Virus record (IMG/VR): IMGVR_UViG_3300036770_003016
Length of the DNA stretch: 64,000 bases
Strand: one strand, 5' to 3'
DNA from: a virus
How positions within the stretch are numbered: the first letter of the stretch is position 1; every line of letters begins with the position of its first letter. This document shows positions 50,139-58,568 of the stretch, piece after piece. The notes under the pieces were generated by a model that saw only the letters and a list, made by a program, of their open reading frames with translations, was not told the origin of the DNA and ran no database searches. A program made the position numbers and the translations under genes.

Positions 50139-52072
50139 TTAAAAGCCTCTACATTTAAAAATAAGTGAACAGTATGTGGCATAACATATTTTGAAGCTGG
50201 ATCTTTTCTAGTAATATTTTTAAAACCTGCCCATCCTAAATTAGTTCTTAATTGTTGTTCAGTAAAAAGAAATTTGTGTGTTTGTCCTGGAACCCAGGGG
50301 TGTGCAAAAAAGTGCCCATATAGTAAAACTCTCCAATCTTCAATATTCATTACTGGAGAACCTTCAACAAATGACCGACAGGTCTCTAAAAAGTCTGGAG
50401 TTTCCAACCATAATCTTCCACCTGGCTTCAATACACGAAACCATTCTTCCAATACATCTTTAATCTCAAAGAAGTGAAAATGCTCAATGATATGAAATGC
50501 CTTTATTTCATCTACAGAGTTATCGTCATATGGCAACTTTTGCACATCAAATCTAGCATCACAAACTGCATCATCGGGTGCATACAAGTCTATGTTTATA
50601 TATCCTTCAGTATAATCATGACCACATGCTAGATGTAATTTGAGTGAATCTAGCATTTCGTGTTTATTCTTCAATAAAGGCATTTTAGACTTACCAATTG
50701 AAGCCTGAGAAGTGTTTCTATGCAAATAAAAGATAGTTTGAATTTTCTTATCAACAAATTTATAATTACTTTTCCATAGACGAATCCACATATCCCAATC
50801 TTCTACACTATCGAGATCACTATCGAATTTGTTTTCGACAAAACATTCTTTCTTAGCTACAACTGAAGACATCCATATAAAATTCCTATACAATAACTGT
50901 TTACCAATAAACTCTTTTGGAACTGGTATATTCACAATGTCCATTTTGGAAAATTTTTCATCAATGACAGTTGGCTTAGTGTAAACTATATCATATTGAT
51001 TTAAATATATCAAACTAGTTTCTAAGTGGTTTTCTATCCAAGAATCATCAGAATCCAAAAATGCAATGTACTGACAACCATCTTTTATAGCTTGTTCAAT
51101 TAAAAAATTTCTTCCATAACTTTGACCTTTATTTTGGTCCCCTCTGTAGTACTTGATAGTGTCATCGTTTTCTACTAAAAAGGAAATAGCTTCTTGTAGG
51201 TTATCGGTAGAATTGTCATCATAAATGTAATGAGTCACATTTTTATATGATTGTATTTTGACAGAGTTGATACATCTAAAAATATGAGATATGTCATTGT
51301 AAATAGGAGTAATTACAGCAATAGTATTCTCACGCATAATATTTTTCTTCCAATATGGATTATGTTTCAATGCTACTCTAAAGGAATTCTTTAAAAAATT
51401 GGAACTCCAATTTTGCACTAAACTTTGATCATGGACTGTACCTTCAGCTAAATGGTATATTGGATATTGTCCTGTGTGAAAGCTTTTAGTAGTTGGAAGT
51501 TTTGGTATACATTCATCAATCGTAAATCCATTTTCTTCCGCTAAGATACAAAACTCAATATCTTCACAAGAACCAACCCCATACTCTTCATTGAGTAATC
51601 CAATTTTATCGAAAACTTTTCTGTCTATCATCACACAGAAAAATATAGCAAAGTTTCTCACCACAACATTAGAATATTCTTTAACAACACAAGATATACC
51701 ACAATTTACGTTTTTTGTAAATGGATCATGCAGAATATTTAACCATAAATCTTTAGATTGATCAAGTAATATGCAATCATTGTTTAATAACACAACTTTA
51801 TCACATGTTGTTAATTTAATACCTTCATTTGTTGCTTTTGGATATCCTAAAGGACTGTCATGCCAAAAATATTTGAAATTATCTTTTAAATTATTTTTAA
51901 TGAAATGTTCTTTGAGTTCCTCAAGATATTGTTTAGTGTTATCTGTGCATCCGTTGGCTGATATTACCAACTCAATATCTTCAATAGTCGAATACTTCAA
52001 AATTGATTCAACACACGGCTTTAATAAATCATCACAATGATTATAAGTTGGTATAACTATAGAATATTTCAT
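50135..52072 (-). CDS. Tandem GT2-GT2-SAM methyltransferase fusion
   Basis: SIVIPTYN..LLNND; ITPIYN..FLDSDD..EDWD; LHLACG..HIIEH..RVLKPGG. Confidence 0.8.
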   Translation of the reverse strand: MKYSIVIPTYNHCDDLLKPCVESILKYSTIEDIELVISANGCTDNTKQYLEELKEHFIKNNLKDNFKYFWHDSPLGYPKATNEGIKLTTCDKVVLLNNDCILLDQSKDLWLNILHDPFTKNVNCGISCVVKEYSNVVVRNFAIFFCVMIDRKVFDKIGLLNEEYGVGSCEDIEFCILAEENGFTIDECIPKLPTTKSFHTGQYPIYHLAEGTVHDQSLVQNWSSNFLKNSFRVALKHNPYWKKNIMRENTIAVITPIYNDISHIFRCINSVKIQSYKNVTHYIYDDNSTDNLQEAISFLVENDDTIKYYRGDQNKGQSYGRNFLIEQAIKDGCQYIAFLDSDDSWIENHLETSLIYLNQYDIVYTKPTVIDEKFSKMDIVNIPVPKEFIGKQLLYRNFIWMSSVVAKKECFVENKFDSDLDSVEDWDMWIRLWKSNYKFVDKKIQTIFYLHRNTSQASIGKSKMPLLKNKHEMLDSLKLHLACGHDYTEGYINIDLYAPDDAVCDARFDVQKLPYDDNSVDEIKAFHIIEHFHFFEIKDVLEEWFRVLKPGGRLWLETPDFLETCRSFVEGSPVMNIEDWRVLLYGHFFAHPWVPGQTHKFLFTEQQLRTNLGWAGFKNITRKDPASKYVMPHTVHLFLNVEAFK

Positions 52073-53280
52073 TTGATTGCTTCCACCCTAAAATTAGGTC
52101 CATCATGGCCAAGAATTTGTTCTTGCATAAACTTTATTTCTCTAAAACCAGCACCAGCTAAATGGTCATACACTATTTCTGGATACCATCCAAAAAGATG
52201 TGGGCTAGTGATCTCTTCAGGATCACCTGAATGTCTAGTATTTACTGTACCATAGATAGAAGTCAACAATCTGTAACGCACCATCTTATCATTGGTGTTT
52301 ATGAATTGCCTACATAATTCTTCAATATTTGGCATCTCCATAATTAATTTGCCATTAGGTTTTAATACTCTTTTCCACTCAACAAGTGTTTTCATTATTT
52401 TAAATGGACTGATATGTTCAAAAACATGTGATGCTAAAATTTCATCTGCATAATTGTCACTGAAATCTAACTTTGTTATATCCATTTTGAGATCAGCTCT
52501 TTCATCATACAAGTCAATATTCAAGTAATTGTCATAAGGAAGAGGACCAGAACCTAAATTTAATTTTGCATTTTTGAGATGACGATCATAAATTATAATT
52601 TTATTACGATTCAACACATCTTTGTAAGTTGGCACTTTTGTTAGAAAAGTCTGACTAGATTTGTGAAAGATTGGAACTGTACCATTATATCCAGTTTTTG
52701 TATTTTCCCAATTTCCAGCTTGTTTTAATTCAAACCCACTATTTAAAGCTCGAAGACAATAATCTATGTCTTCACAATTGCCTGGAGAAAAAACTTCATC
52801 TAGTAGACCAATTTTATCAATGACTTTTCTATCTATCATCACACAAAAGAAAAAAAGTAAATCTTTCTTCAAGTGCTTATCAGTCAACAGCAAAGGACCA
52901 GTAATGCCAACTCTTTCATTTTCTAAAAATGGTTGTTCTAACATCTTTAACCAATAATCTTTGATTTGATCTAGAAGTACACAATCATTATTCAATAAAA
53001 TAATTTTTTCGCCAGTCGAGATTTTTATCCCTTCATTTATAGCTTTAGGATAACCAATTGCTTCATTGAACCAAACAGTTTTAAAGTTATTTGGCAAATT
53101 TCTTTCTGTGAAGAATGTTTTTAAGTCTTGTAGAAATAATTCAGTATTATCTTTGCATCCATTAGCAGAAATAATAAGTTCTATGTTTTCTACAGATGTA
53201 TGACGAATAATAGACTCAACACATGGAATTAAAAATTCATTACAATAGTCATATGTTGGAATAATTATGGAATATTTCAA
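52069..53280 (-). CDS. GT2-SAM methyltransferase fusion
   Basis: SIIIPTY, LLNND, EDIDYC; LNLGSG, SHVFEH, RVLKPNG. Confidence 0.8.
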   Translation of the reverse strand: MKYSIIIPTYDYCNEFLIPCVESIIRHTSVENIELIISANGCKDNTELFLQDLKTFFTERNLPNNFKTVWFNEAIGYPKAINEGIKISTGEKIILLNNDCVLLDQIKDYWLKMLEQPFLENERVGITGPLLLTDKHLKKDLLFFFCVMIDRKVIDKIGLLDEVFSPGNCEDIDYCLRALNSGFELKQAGNWENTKTGYNGTVPIFHKSSQTFLTKVPTYKDVLNRNKIIIYDRHLKNAKLNLGSGPLPYDNYLNIDLYDERADLKMDITKLDFSDNYADEILASHVFEHISPFKIMKTLVEWKRVLKPNGKLIMEMPNIEELCRQFINTNDKMVRYRLLTSIYGTVNTRHSGDPEEITSPHLFGWYPEIVYDHLAGAGFREIKFMQEQILGHDGPNFRVEAIK

Positions 53281-54038
53281 AGTTTCTCCAAAGTCAAATT
53301 AGTTTTTGTCATATCAGCACAAGTGTATTTCTGATATGAACATTTTAAATTTTCAGGCATTTCAATTTCTCGTATATCATTTGTGTATAGTTTAGCAACA
53401 TCCAAAAAACTCATAGTGGTGCCAGTGCCAAGATTCCATATACCAGATTCTTGTACATCTAGAAATTTTTCATGGAAGTCTACAATTTGATCAACATGAA
53501 TAAAGTCTCTTTTATAATTTTCACTATCTTTAAATACTTTCACATAGCCTAACTTTTCATGCTGAATCTTAAATTGTGTAAAAGGACTTGCTTGGGAACC
53601 TTTGTGTTCTTCATTAGAACCGTACACATTAAAATAACGAAAAATTTGTGTGGTATGCTTTGATGGATTATTTTTTACATAACGCTCAAACATATATTTA
53701 GACCACGAATAAGGTGTTCTAGGATCAACAGGTGATTCTTCAGTAAACTCAGTATTTAACCCATAGACAGATGCTGAGCTTGCAAACTGAAATTTTTTAC
53801 CAGATAACTTACATAGATCATAAAGTGCTACTGAGAAATCGTAATTTTGTCTGAATATCTTGTCTACATCTTTTTCAGTAGTAGAACTAATACCACCAAC
53901 ATGAATTACCCATTCAACCTTAGTGATATCGGGAAATTCTCTTCCCCATTCATAAGTAACAACATCATGCTTGTCTTTAAGTCTGTTTAATAGGTGTGAT
54001 CCAATAAAACCTTTGTGTCCTGTAATTAGTATTTTCAT
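53277..54038 (-). CDS. hldD: ADP-L-glycero-D-manno-heptose 6-epimerase-like SDR
   Basis: ITGHKGFIG, SSTTE, ASSASVYG, YSWSK, RYFNVYG..E.HKG, YQKYT.AD. Confidence 0.8.
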   Translation of the reverse strand: MKILITGHKGFIGSHLLNRLKDKHDVVTYEWGREFPDITKVEWVIHVGGISSTTEKDVDKIFRQNYDFSVALYDLCKLSGKKFQFASSASVYGLNTEFTEESPVDPRTPYSWSKYMFERYVKNNPSKHTTQIFRYFNVYGSNEEHKGSQASPFTQFKIQHEKLGYVKVFKDSENYKRDFIHVDQIVDFHEKFLDVQESGIWNLGTGTTMSFLDVAKLYTNDIREIEMPENLKCSYQKYTCADMTKTNLTLEKL

Positions 54039-54391
54039 TTCTGTGAATCTCCTGGCAAAACTCTATAGTTATCTTCAACGGAATCAGGAGTAGACACTTC
54101 TAGAATTGTTCCTTCTTTATAACAAACGACTTGATGTGGAAAAAGTGGATCGTTATGCCATACATCACCTTTCTGTAGAACTTTTTCTTCAACCTTTGCG
54201 TTCTCAGTATTGATCCAACGAACAACAAATTCACCACTCATCACATACCAAGTCTCAATCTTTTCTTTATGAAAATGCATTGAGAATTTAGCAGCTTTCT
54301 TGAAATGCATAAACTTACTACAATAGTGGTCGTTAGTAACCCAAATTTCTTCTAATCCCCAACCTTTTTCTACTTTACCTTCTAATCGCAT
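54035..54391 (-). CDS. Cupin-fold sugar isomerase-like protein
   Basis: KGWG.E.IW, FSMHFH..K.ETW, EVSTPD..ED.YR..PGDSQ. Confidence 0.75.
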   Translation of the reverse strand: MRLEGKVEKGWGLEEIWVTNDHYCSKFMHFKKAAKFSMHFHKEKIETWYVMSGEFVVRWINTENAKVEEKVLQKGDVWHNDPLFPHQVVCYKEGTILEVSTPDSVEDNYRVLPGDSQK

Positions 54392-55140
54392 ATCTCATCC
54401 AATGTCGGTGCATACACACCCATATGTTGAACAGTAATTGATGATGCTTTGTTTGCAAACTCTATTGCAGAACCTACATGATTTGTTAGCAGATAGTTAT
54501 ATACCAATGCTGCAAGAAAAGTATCACCTGCACCACATACATCAGACACTTCTACAGGCTTTGCACTAAAGAATTTGTTTTTATATGTAGCACCTTTGTC
54601 ACCAAGAGTAACAATCAAGTCAGAACAATATGACTTTGCCTGTTGATATTCTCTGCTGTTGATTTTAACAAAACAGCCTTCGAATCTAGAAAGTTCTGTC
54701 TTTTTAGTATCAATGAATATTGGGCAAGTTTGTTCTTGTCTTGTCTGTTCGATAAGTCCATAAGAAACACATCCCTTGTTGTAGTCAGAAAACACAATGG
54801 CGTCATATTTTTTATCTTTCAAGTTTAAAGTAAGTTCTTTTGATTCAACATCTTCATCTATGCGTAAAAGGTGCTGATTACTTTTGAGATCAATGAGTCT
54901 TGTTTTCTTAGAAAGTGCGCCAACTACCATATCGACATCACAATTCAATGCCAATAGATTATTGCCAACATTAGAAGCCATACCTAATTTTAATTCTTGT
55001 TTTTCTGGAACAAAAATTGGTACTGGAGCTTCAGGACTTAGTTTAGTGACATTACCGTACTGATAGATATCAATACAAGTATCACCGACTAATAATATCT
55101 TGAATTTTTTTTGTTGTGGAATATTCTTCAATTCGATCAA
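54382..55140 (-). CDS. Heptose-7-phosphate kinase (HldE/RfaE domain I, PfkB family)
   Basis: LSPEAPVP, SDYNKG, DVCGAGDTFLA. Confidence 0.85.
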   Translation of the reverse strand: MIELKNIPQQKKFKILLVGDTCIDIYQYGNVTKLSPEAPVPIFVPEKQELKLGMASNVGNNLLALNCDVDMVVGALSKKTRLIDLKSNQHLLRIDEDVESKELTLNLKDKKYDAIVFSDYNKGCVSYGLIEQTRQEQTCPIFIDTKKTELSRFEGCFVKINSREYQQAKSYCSDLIVTLGDKGATYKNKFFSAKPVEVSDVCGAGDTFLAALVYNYLLTNHVGSAIEFANKASSITVQHMGVYAPTLDEICD

Positions 55141-55474
55141 AATAAATCACCTGTTTACAATATTTTTCACCTGTAATACTCTTACCTCTATAATCAGAAC
55201 CTTTCACCATTATATCACATTCTTTGATGAAGTCAATCAATTCTTCTTTACTATCAAACAATCTTACCTCATCTACAGCCTTGAGGTTTTCCAACATCAT
55301 TTTTCTTTCATACTGATTATTTATTGGTCTTTCAGAACCCTTTAGTTCTTTCACTCGACGATCCGTATCGATGCAAACCAAAAGAAAATCTCCCAAACTT
55401 CTCGCAAAGTTTAGGAGCTCTAAATGACCAACATGTAATATATCAAATGTACCGTTTACAATAATTTTCTTCAT
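55082..55474 (-). CDS. Heptose-1-phosphate nucleotidyltransferase (HldE/RfaE domain II)
   Basis: NGTFDILHVGH, LKGSERPIN, VKGSDY, YSTT. Confidence 0.85.
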   Translation of the reverse strand: MKKIIVNGTFDILHVGHLELLNFARSLGDFLLVCIDTDRRVKELKGSERPINNQYERKMMLENLKAVDEVRLFDSKEELIDFIKECDIMVKGSDYRGKSITGEKYCKQVIYFDRIEEYSTTKKIQDIISR

Positions 55475-55485
55475 ATAAGTATTTA

Positions 55486-55560
55486 TGGCACCACTGAGAG
55501 GAATCGAACCCCTATTCTAGGTTTAGAAGACCCATGTCCTATCCGTTGAACGACAGTGGT
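55486..55560 (-). tRNA. tRNA-Arg (TCT)
   Basis: Anticodon loop CTTCTAA; encoded CCA. Confidence 0.88.
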
Positions 55561-55565
55561 ATATT

Positions 55566-55648
55566 TGGTGCGAGTGGAGGGATTCGAACCCTCAATCCAG
55601 AGGCGGCAAATTTTAAGTCTGCTGTGTATACCGTTCCACCACACTCGC
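55566..55648 (-). tRNA. tRNA-Leu (TAA)
   Basis: Loop CTTAAAA; long variable arm. Confidence 0.9.
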
Positions 55649-55693
55649 AATAAAAACATTATAACATAAATTTGTGTTGTTTACAGGTAATAT

Positions 55694-55770
55694 TGGTGCC
55701 TCAGGAGAGATTCGAACTCTCAGAATCTTGCTTCTAAGGCAAGCATGTTTACCAATTTCATCACCGAGGC
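55694..55770 (-). tRNA. tRNA-Leu (TAG), short variable loop
   Basis: CTTGC-CTTAGAA-GCAAG; 77 nt. Confidence 0.85.
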
Positions 55771-55772
55771 AT

Positions 55773-55848
55773 TGGTGCGACCTAGAGGAATCGAACCTCT
55801 TTCCATGGCTCTTCAGGCCACTGCTATGACCACATCAGCTAAAGTCGC
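55773..55848 (-). tRNA. tRNA-Phe (GAA)
   Basis: Loop CTGAAGA. Confidence 0.88.
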
Positions 55849-55849
55849 A

Positions 55850-55924
55850 TGGTGCACCGTGAAGGTTACGCTCCCTCTACCCTCTGCTTGTAAGGCAGAC
55901 GCTCTACTATTGAGCTAACGATGC
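55850..55924 (-). tRNA. tRNA-Val (TAC)
   Basis: Loop CTTACAA; atypical T-loop AGCGTAA. Confidence 0.82.
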
Positions 55925-55925
55925 G

Positions 55926-56001
55926 TGGGGTGTCCTATGAGGATCGAACTCATACTCTCTCGTTCACAGCAAGAAGTGCAGACCACTACACTAAGGACAC
56001 C
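55926..56001 (-). tRNA. tRNA-His (GTG)
   Basis: Loop CTGTGAA; G-1:C73. Confidence 0.88.
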
Positions 56002-56010
56002 AAGAGCATT

Positions 56011-56084
56011 TGGAGCGGCTAAAGAGAATCGAACTCTTAACTTCTGCTTGGAAGGCAGTGGTTTTACCATTAAACTACAGCCGC
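56011..56084 (-). tRNA. tRNA-Gly (TCC)
   Basis: Loop CTTCCAA; U73. Confidence 0.9.
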
Positions 56085-56089
56085 TTATT

Positions 56090-56398
56090 TTAATCCCAAG
56101 GTGGATAACCGCCTTGAATACAAATCATTTTCATCGGACCAGAATAATCTCTCCATTCAATTACTTTACCATTCTTATCAAGAGGCCTTAGATCAGGTAG
56201 CGCAAATGTCGTTCTACCATCACCGCCATACTTTGTACCAATAATGGAAAAGAGTGCTTCGTTTCCTTTTACTTGCATGATTTGACCACTACAAGGTGCC
56301 CAAGTACGAACACCTCTAGTTCCAGCAAACTCTGTGATTGATCCGAGCATATCACCTTCTACTGACATGCCAAGTTTTTGTAACATTTTCTTAATCAT
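56090..56398 (-). CDS. Stand-alone tail-collar domain protein
   Basis: W.PCSGQ......ALFSIIGTKYGGDGRTTFALPDLR...ICIQG.YP. Confidence 0.8.
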   Translation of the reverse strand: MIKKMLQKLGMSVEGDMLGSITEFAGTRGVRTWAPCSGQIMQVKGNEALFSIIGTKYGGDGRTTFALPDLRPLDKNGKVIEWRDYSGPMKMICIQGGYPPWD

Positions 56399-56407
56399 AT
56401 TTTCTCC

Positions 56408-56875
56408 TTAAGCAGCTAAACTTTTGTAACGATCTGCAGCGTATGATGCCGCAAACGCTCTTGGTTTTACCATAGGAATTACATTACAAGTTCCACGAAT
56501 ATAACCAATTGCTTCATTGATCACGCAATTTGAACCATGCATTTCACTTGGGTTGATATCAAGGTGGACTTCTACATCACGACCTTCCAGAACATCAGCC
56601 AACTTTAAATACATTTCAGATACCTTGTATACTTCATTCATCAAACGGTATCTCGGACGATCTTCTTTTTGGTCATAGTCTCTTTCACGAACAACTTCAC
56701 CAAAAAGTTTGCAACCGTGTTTTCCATCTTTGTGAACAACTATAGCAATTATATAGTCAGCATGCCACACTTCATTCACTCTTAATCTTTCAGAATCACA
56801 TCCAAGATAAATTTTTGTTTCTGGCGATTGTCTTGAGATGTAATCTTTCACTTCTTGTAAATTTATCTTGAACAT
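56408..56875 (-). CDS. RNase H-like YkuK (DUF458) family protein
   Basis: IYLGCDS, RLMNEV, EVHLDIN, KP.AFAASYAAD. Confidence 0.8.
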   Translation of the reverse strand: MFKINLQEVKDYISRQSPETKIYLGCDSERLRVNEVWHADYIIAIVVHKDGKHGCKLFGEVVRERDYDQKEDRPRYRLMNEVYKVSEMYLKLADVLEGRDVEVHLDINPSEMHGSNCVINEAIGYIRGTCNVIPMVKPRAFAASYAADRYKSLAA

Positions 56876-56889
56876 GATATCTCCTTAAT

Positions 56890-56963
56890 TGGCCTCGGTG
56901 GACAGAATCGAACTGCCATGACTGGTTTTGGAGACCAGCGTAATGCCTTTATACGACACCGAG
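56890..56963 (-). tRNA. tRNA-Trp (CCA)
   Basis: Loop CTCCAAA. Confidence 0.88.
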
Positions 56964-56980
56964 ATTAAAACTACTTATAA

Positions 56981-57054
56981 TGGTCCTTCCTGATGGTTAC
57001 GATCCACCGTCTAGCGGTTATCAACCGCTTGCTCTGCCATTGAGCTAAGGAAGG
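56981..57054 (-). tRNA. tRNA-Ile (GAT)
   Basis: Loop TTGATAA; atypical T-loop ATCGTAA. Confidence 0.82.
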
Positions 57055-57056
57055 AT

Positions 57057-57131
57057 TGGCACCACCTAAAGGAATCAAACCCTTTCTACAATGTCCGTAG
57101 CATTGCGTGCTATTCAGTACACTAAGGTGGT
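57057..57131 (-). tRNA. tRNA-Arg (ACG)
   Basis: Loop CTACGGA. Confidence 0.85.
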
Positions 57132-57138
57132 ATAATTA

Positions 57139-57215
57139 TGGTCTGGGTAGAGAGGATCGAACTCCCGACCTCCTGCTCCCAAAGCAGGCGCACTACCTGG
57201 CTGTGCTATACCCAG
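57139..57215 (-). tRNA. tRNA-Pro (TGG)
   Basis: Loop TTTGGGA. Confidence 0.9.
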
Positions 57216-57224
57216 ACGAAACTT

Positions 57225-57299
57225 TGGTGCCCCCGGAGAGATTTGAACTCCCGACCGCTCGCTTACAAGGCGAGAACTCTACCACTGAGCTACAGGGGC
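57225..57299 (-). tRNA. tRNA-Thr (TGT)
   Basis: Loop CTTGTAA. Confidence 0.9.
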
Positions 57300-57304
57300 A
57301 AAAC

Positions 57305-57381
57305 TGGTGGCGATGGAAGGATTCGAGCCTTCGATCTTTTCCGTATGAAGGAACTGCATTTGACCGCTATGCTACATCGCC
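57305..57381 (-). tRNA. tRNA-Met (CAT), elongator-like
   Basis: Loop TTCATAC; GGCG start. Confidence 0.82.
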
Positions 57382-57551
57382 ATTAGTGAGAGTACTATCA
57401 TATCTGTTTAAGGACACTTTTCAGTCCTCTCTGCATCCCTTAGACTCACCACAAGTCTCGCACCAACGGCGTGGATTCATGCAAAGATGAGTACTACCAC
57501 GATAGTCTGGCTGCTGGTTAGGCACTTCGTTCTACAGACTCTCACTAATGG
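57380..57551 (-). ncRNA. Inverted-repeat-bounded structured RNA cassette
   Basis: Perfect 14-bp IR CCATTAGTGAGAGT...ACTCTCACTAATGG linking tRNA-Asn CCA to tRNA-Met 5' end. Confidence 0.55.
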
Positions 57552-57623
57552 CTCCAGAGGTAGGGATCGAACCTACGACACACGGATTAACAGTCCGCTG
57601 ATCTACCGCTGATCTACTCTGGA
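57549..57623 (-). tRNA. tRNA-Asn (GTT)
   Basis: Loop CTGTTAA. Confidence 0.9.
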
Positions 57624-57624
57624 A

Positions 57625-57818
57625 CAGGTGCTTCCTCTCTGCGGTGGTAATTATAGTGTCTCCAGTTTCGAACCCTTCAACGACACCTTCCACCCACTTC
57701 ACGACCAAAGAGAATTCTCGCATTGCCAGCGCCATTTGCTCCAAATGGTAAGGTCCTGTGGGTATCACACCACTTCTCGACATGCGGACCACACTAGCCG
57801 TTGATTAGACGGCACGTT
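57625..57818 (-). ncRNA. Unidentified GC-rich structured RNA(s)
   Basis: Non-coding, GC-rich, several hairpins, between tRNA-fMet and tRNA-Asn. Confidence 0.45.
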
Positions 57819-57892
57819 TGGTAGCGGGTAGCCGAATTGCACGACTAACTGTAGCTTATGAGACTACCGAGATACTATTTCTCTAACCCGCA
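57819..57892 (-). tRNA. tRNA-fMet-like (CAT)
   Basis: 1:72 mismatch (T:T), GCGGG acceptor, loop CTCATAA; lacks the three G:C anticodon pairs. Confidence 0.7.
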
Positions 57893-57897
57893 AAACT

Positions 57898-57972
57898 TGG
57901 CGGTCCCAACGAGATTCGAACTCGTTCCTGCGCCGTGACAGGGCGCTATACTCGCCGATATACTATGGAACC
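57898..57972 (-). tRNA. tRNA-Asp (GTC)
   Basis: Loop CTGTCAC. Confidence 0.9.
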
Positions 57973-57979
57973 ATAAAAC

Positions 57980-58054
57980 TGGTAGGCGCACGGAGAATCG
58001 AACTCCGGTCAATAGATTAAAAGTCTACTGCTTTAACCCCTAAGCTATACGCCC
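57980..58054 (-). tRNA. tRNA-Lys (TTT)
   Basis: Loop CTTTTAA. Confidence 0.9.
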
Positions 58055-58060
58055 AAAATT

Positions 58061-58147
58061 TGGTGCTATGTCCTACTTGCAATAGGACTCTAGTCGCAGT
58101 TTGAGAGGCATCGTTCCTAGGATCGAGAGGCACATTCTGCCACAGCG
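58061..58147 (-). ncRNA. tRNA-like RNA without recognisable anticodon arm
   Basis: GCTGTG/CATAGC-A-CCA end, GGCA-GAATG-TGCC arm, TCCTA-TTGCAAG-TAGGA T-like arm. Confidence 0.5.
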
Positions 58148-58167
58148 TAAAGCGACGCTGTGCATCT

Positions 58168-58243
58168 TGGTGGAGAGTATCGGGTTCGAACCGATGACCT
58201 CCTGCTTGCAAAGCAGGCGTTCTCCCAACTGAACTAACTCCCC
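58168..58243 (-). tRNA. tRNA-Ala (TGC)
   Basis: Loop TTTGCAA; G3:U70. Confidence 0.92.
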
Positions 58244-58301
58244 ATATTGAAACACACTATGCCACGCTCTGAACCTGGACTCTTAGTAATGTGTTCGAAT
58301 A

Positions 58302-58465
58302 TGGTGTTGCTTGTTCCCGTCCGTCGGGCCAATGTGTCGGGCTTTATTGCTCTCTACCTATTCAGCCATTCCCATCGTCGAGAGTCAATGGGAAACATCT
58401 TGACACACCATCTAACTTAGATTACTTTGCCATTAGGCGTTTCATCTACTAGCAGTCAGCAAACC
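58302..58465 (-). ncRNA. ~164-nt CCA-terminated structured RNA
   Basis: 5' GGTTTGCT pairs with 3' AGCAACACCA; bounded by IR cassettes. Confidence 0.45.
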
Positions 58466-58568
58466 ATATTGAAGCACACTGACAGTATCGAAACTGCCCA
58501 CACCGCCGAAAGACGATGCTAGGTCCACTCCCAAGGCCGGCGCCATCTAGCCTTAGTGTGCTTCAATA

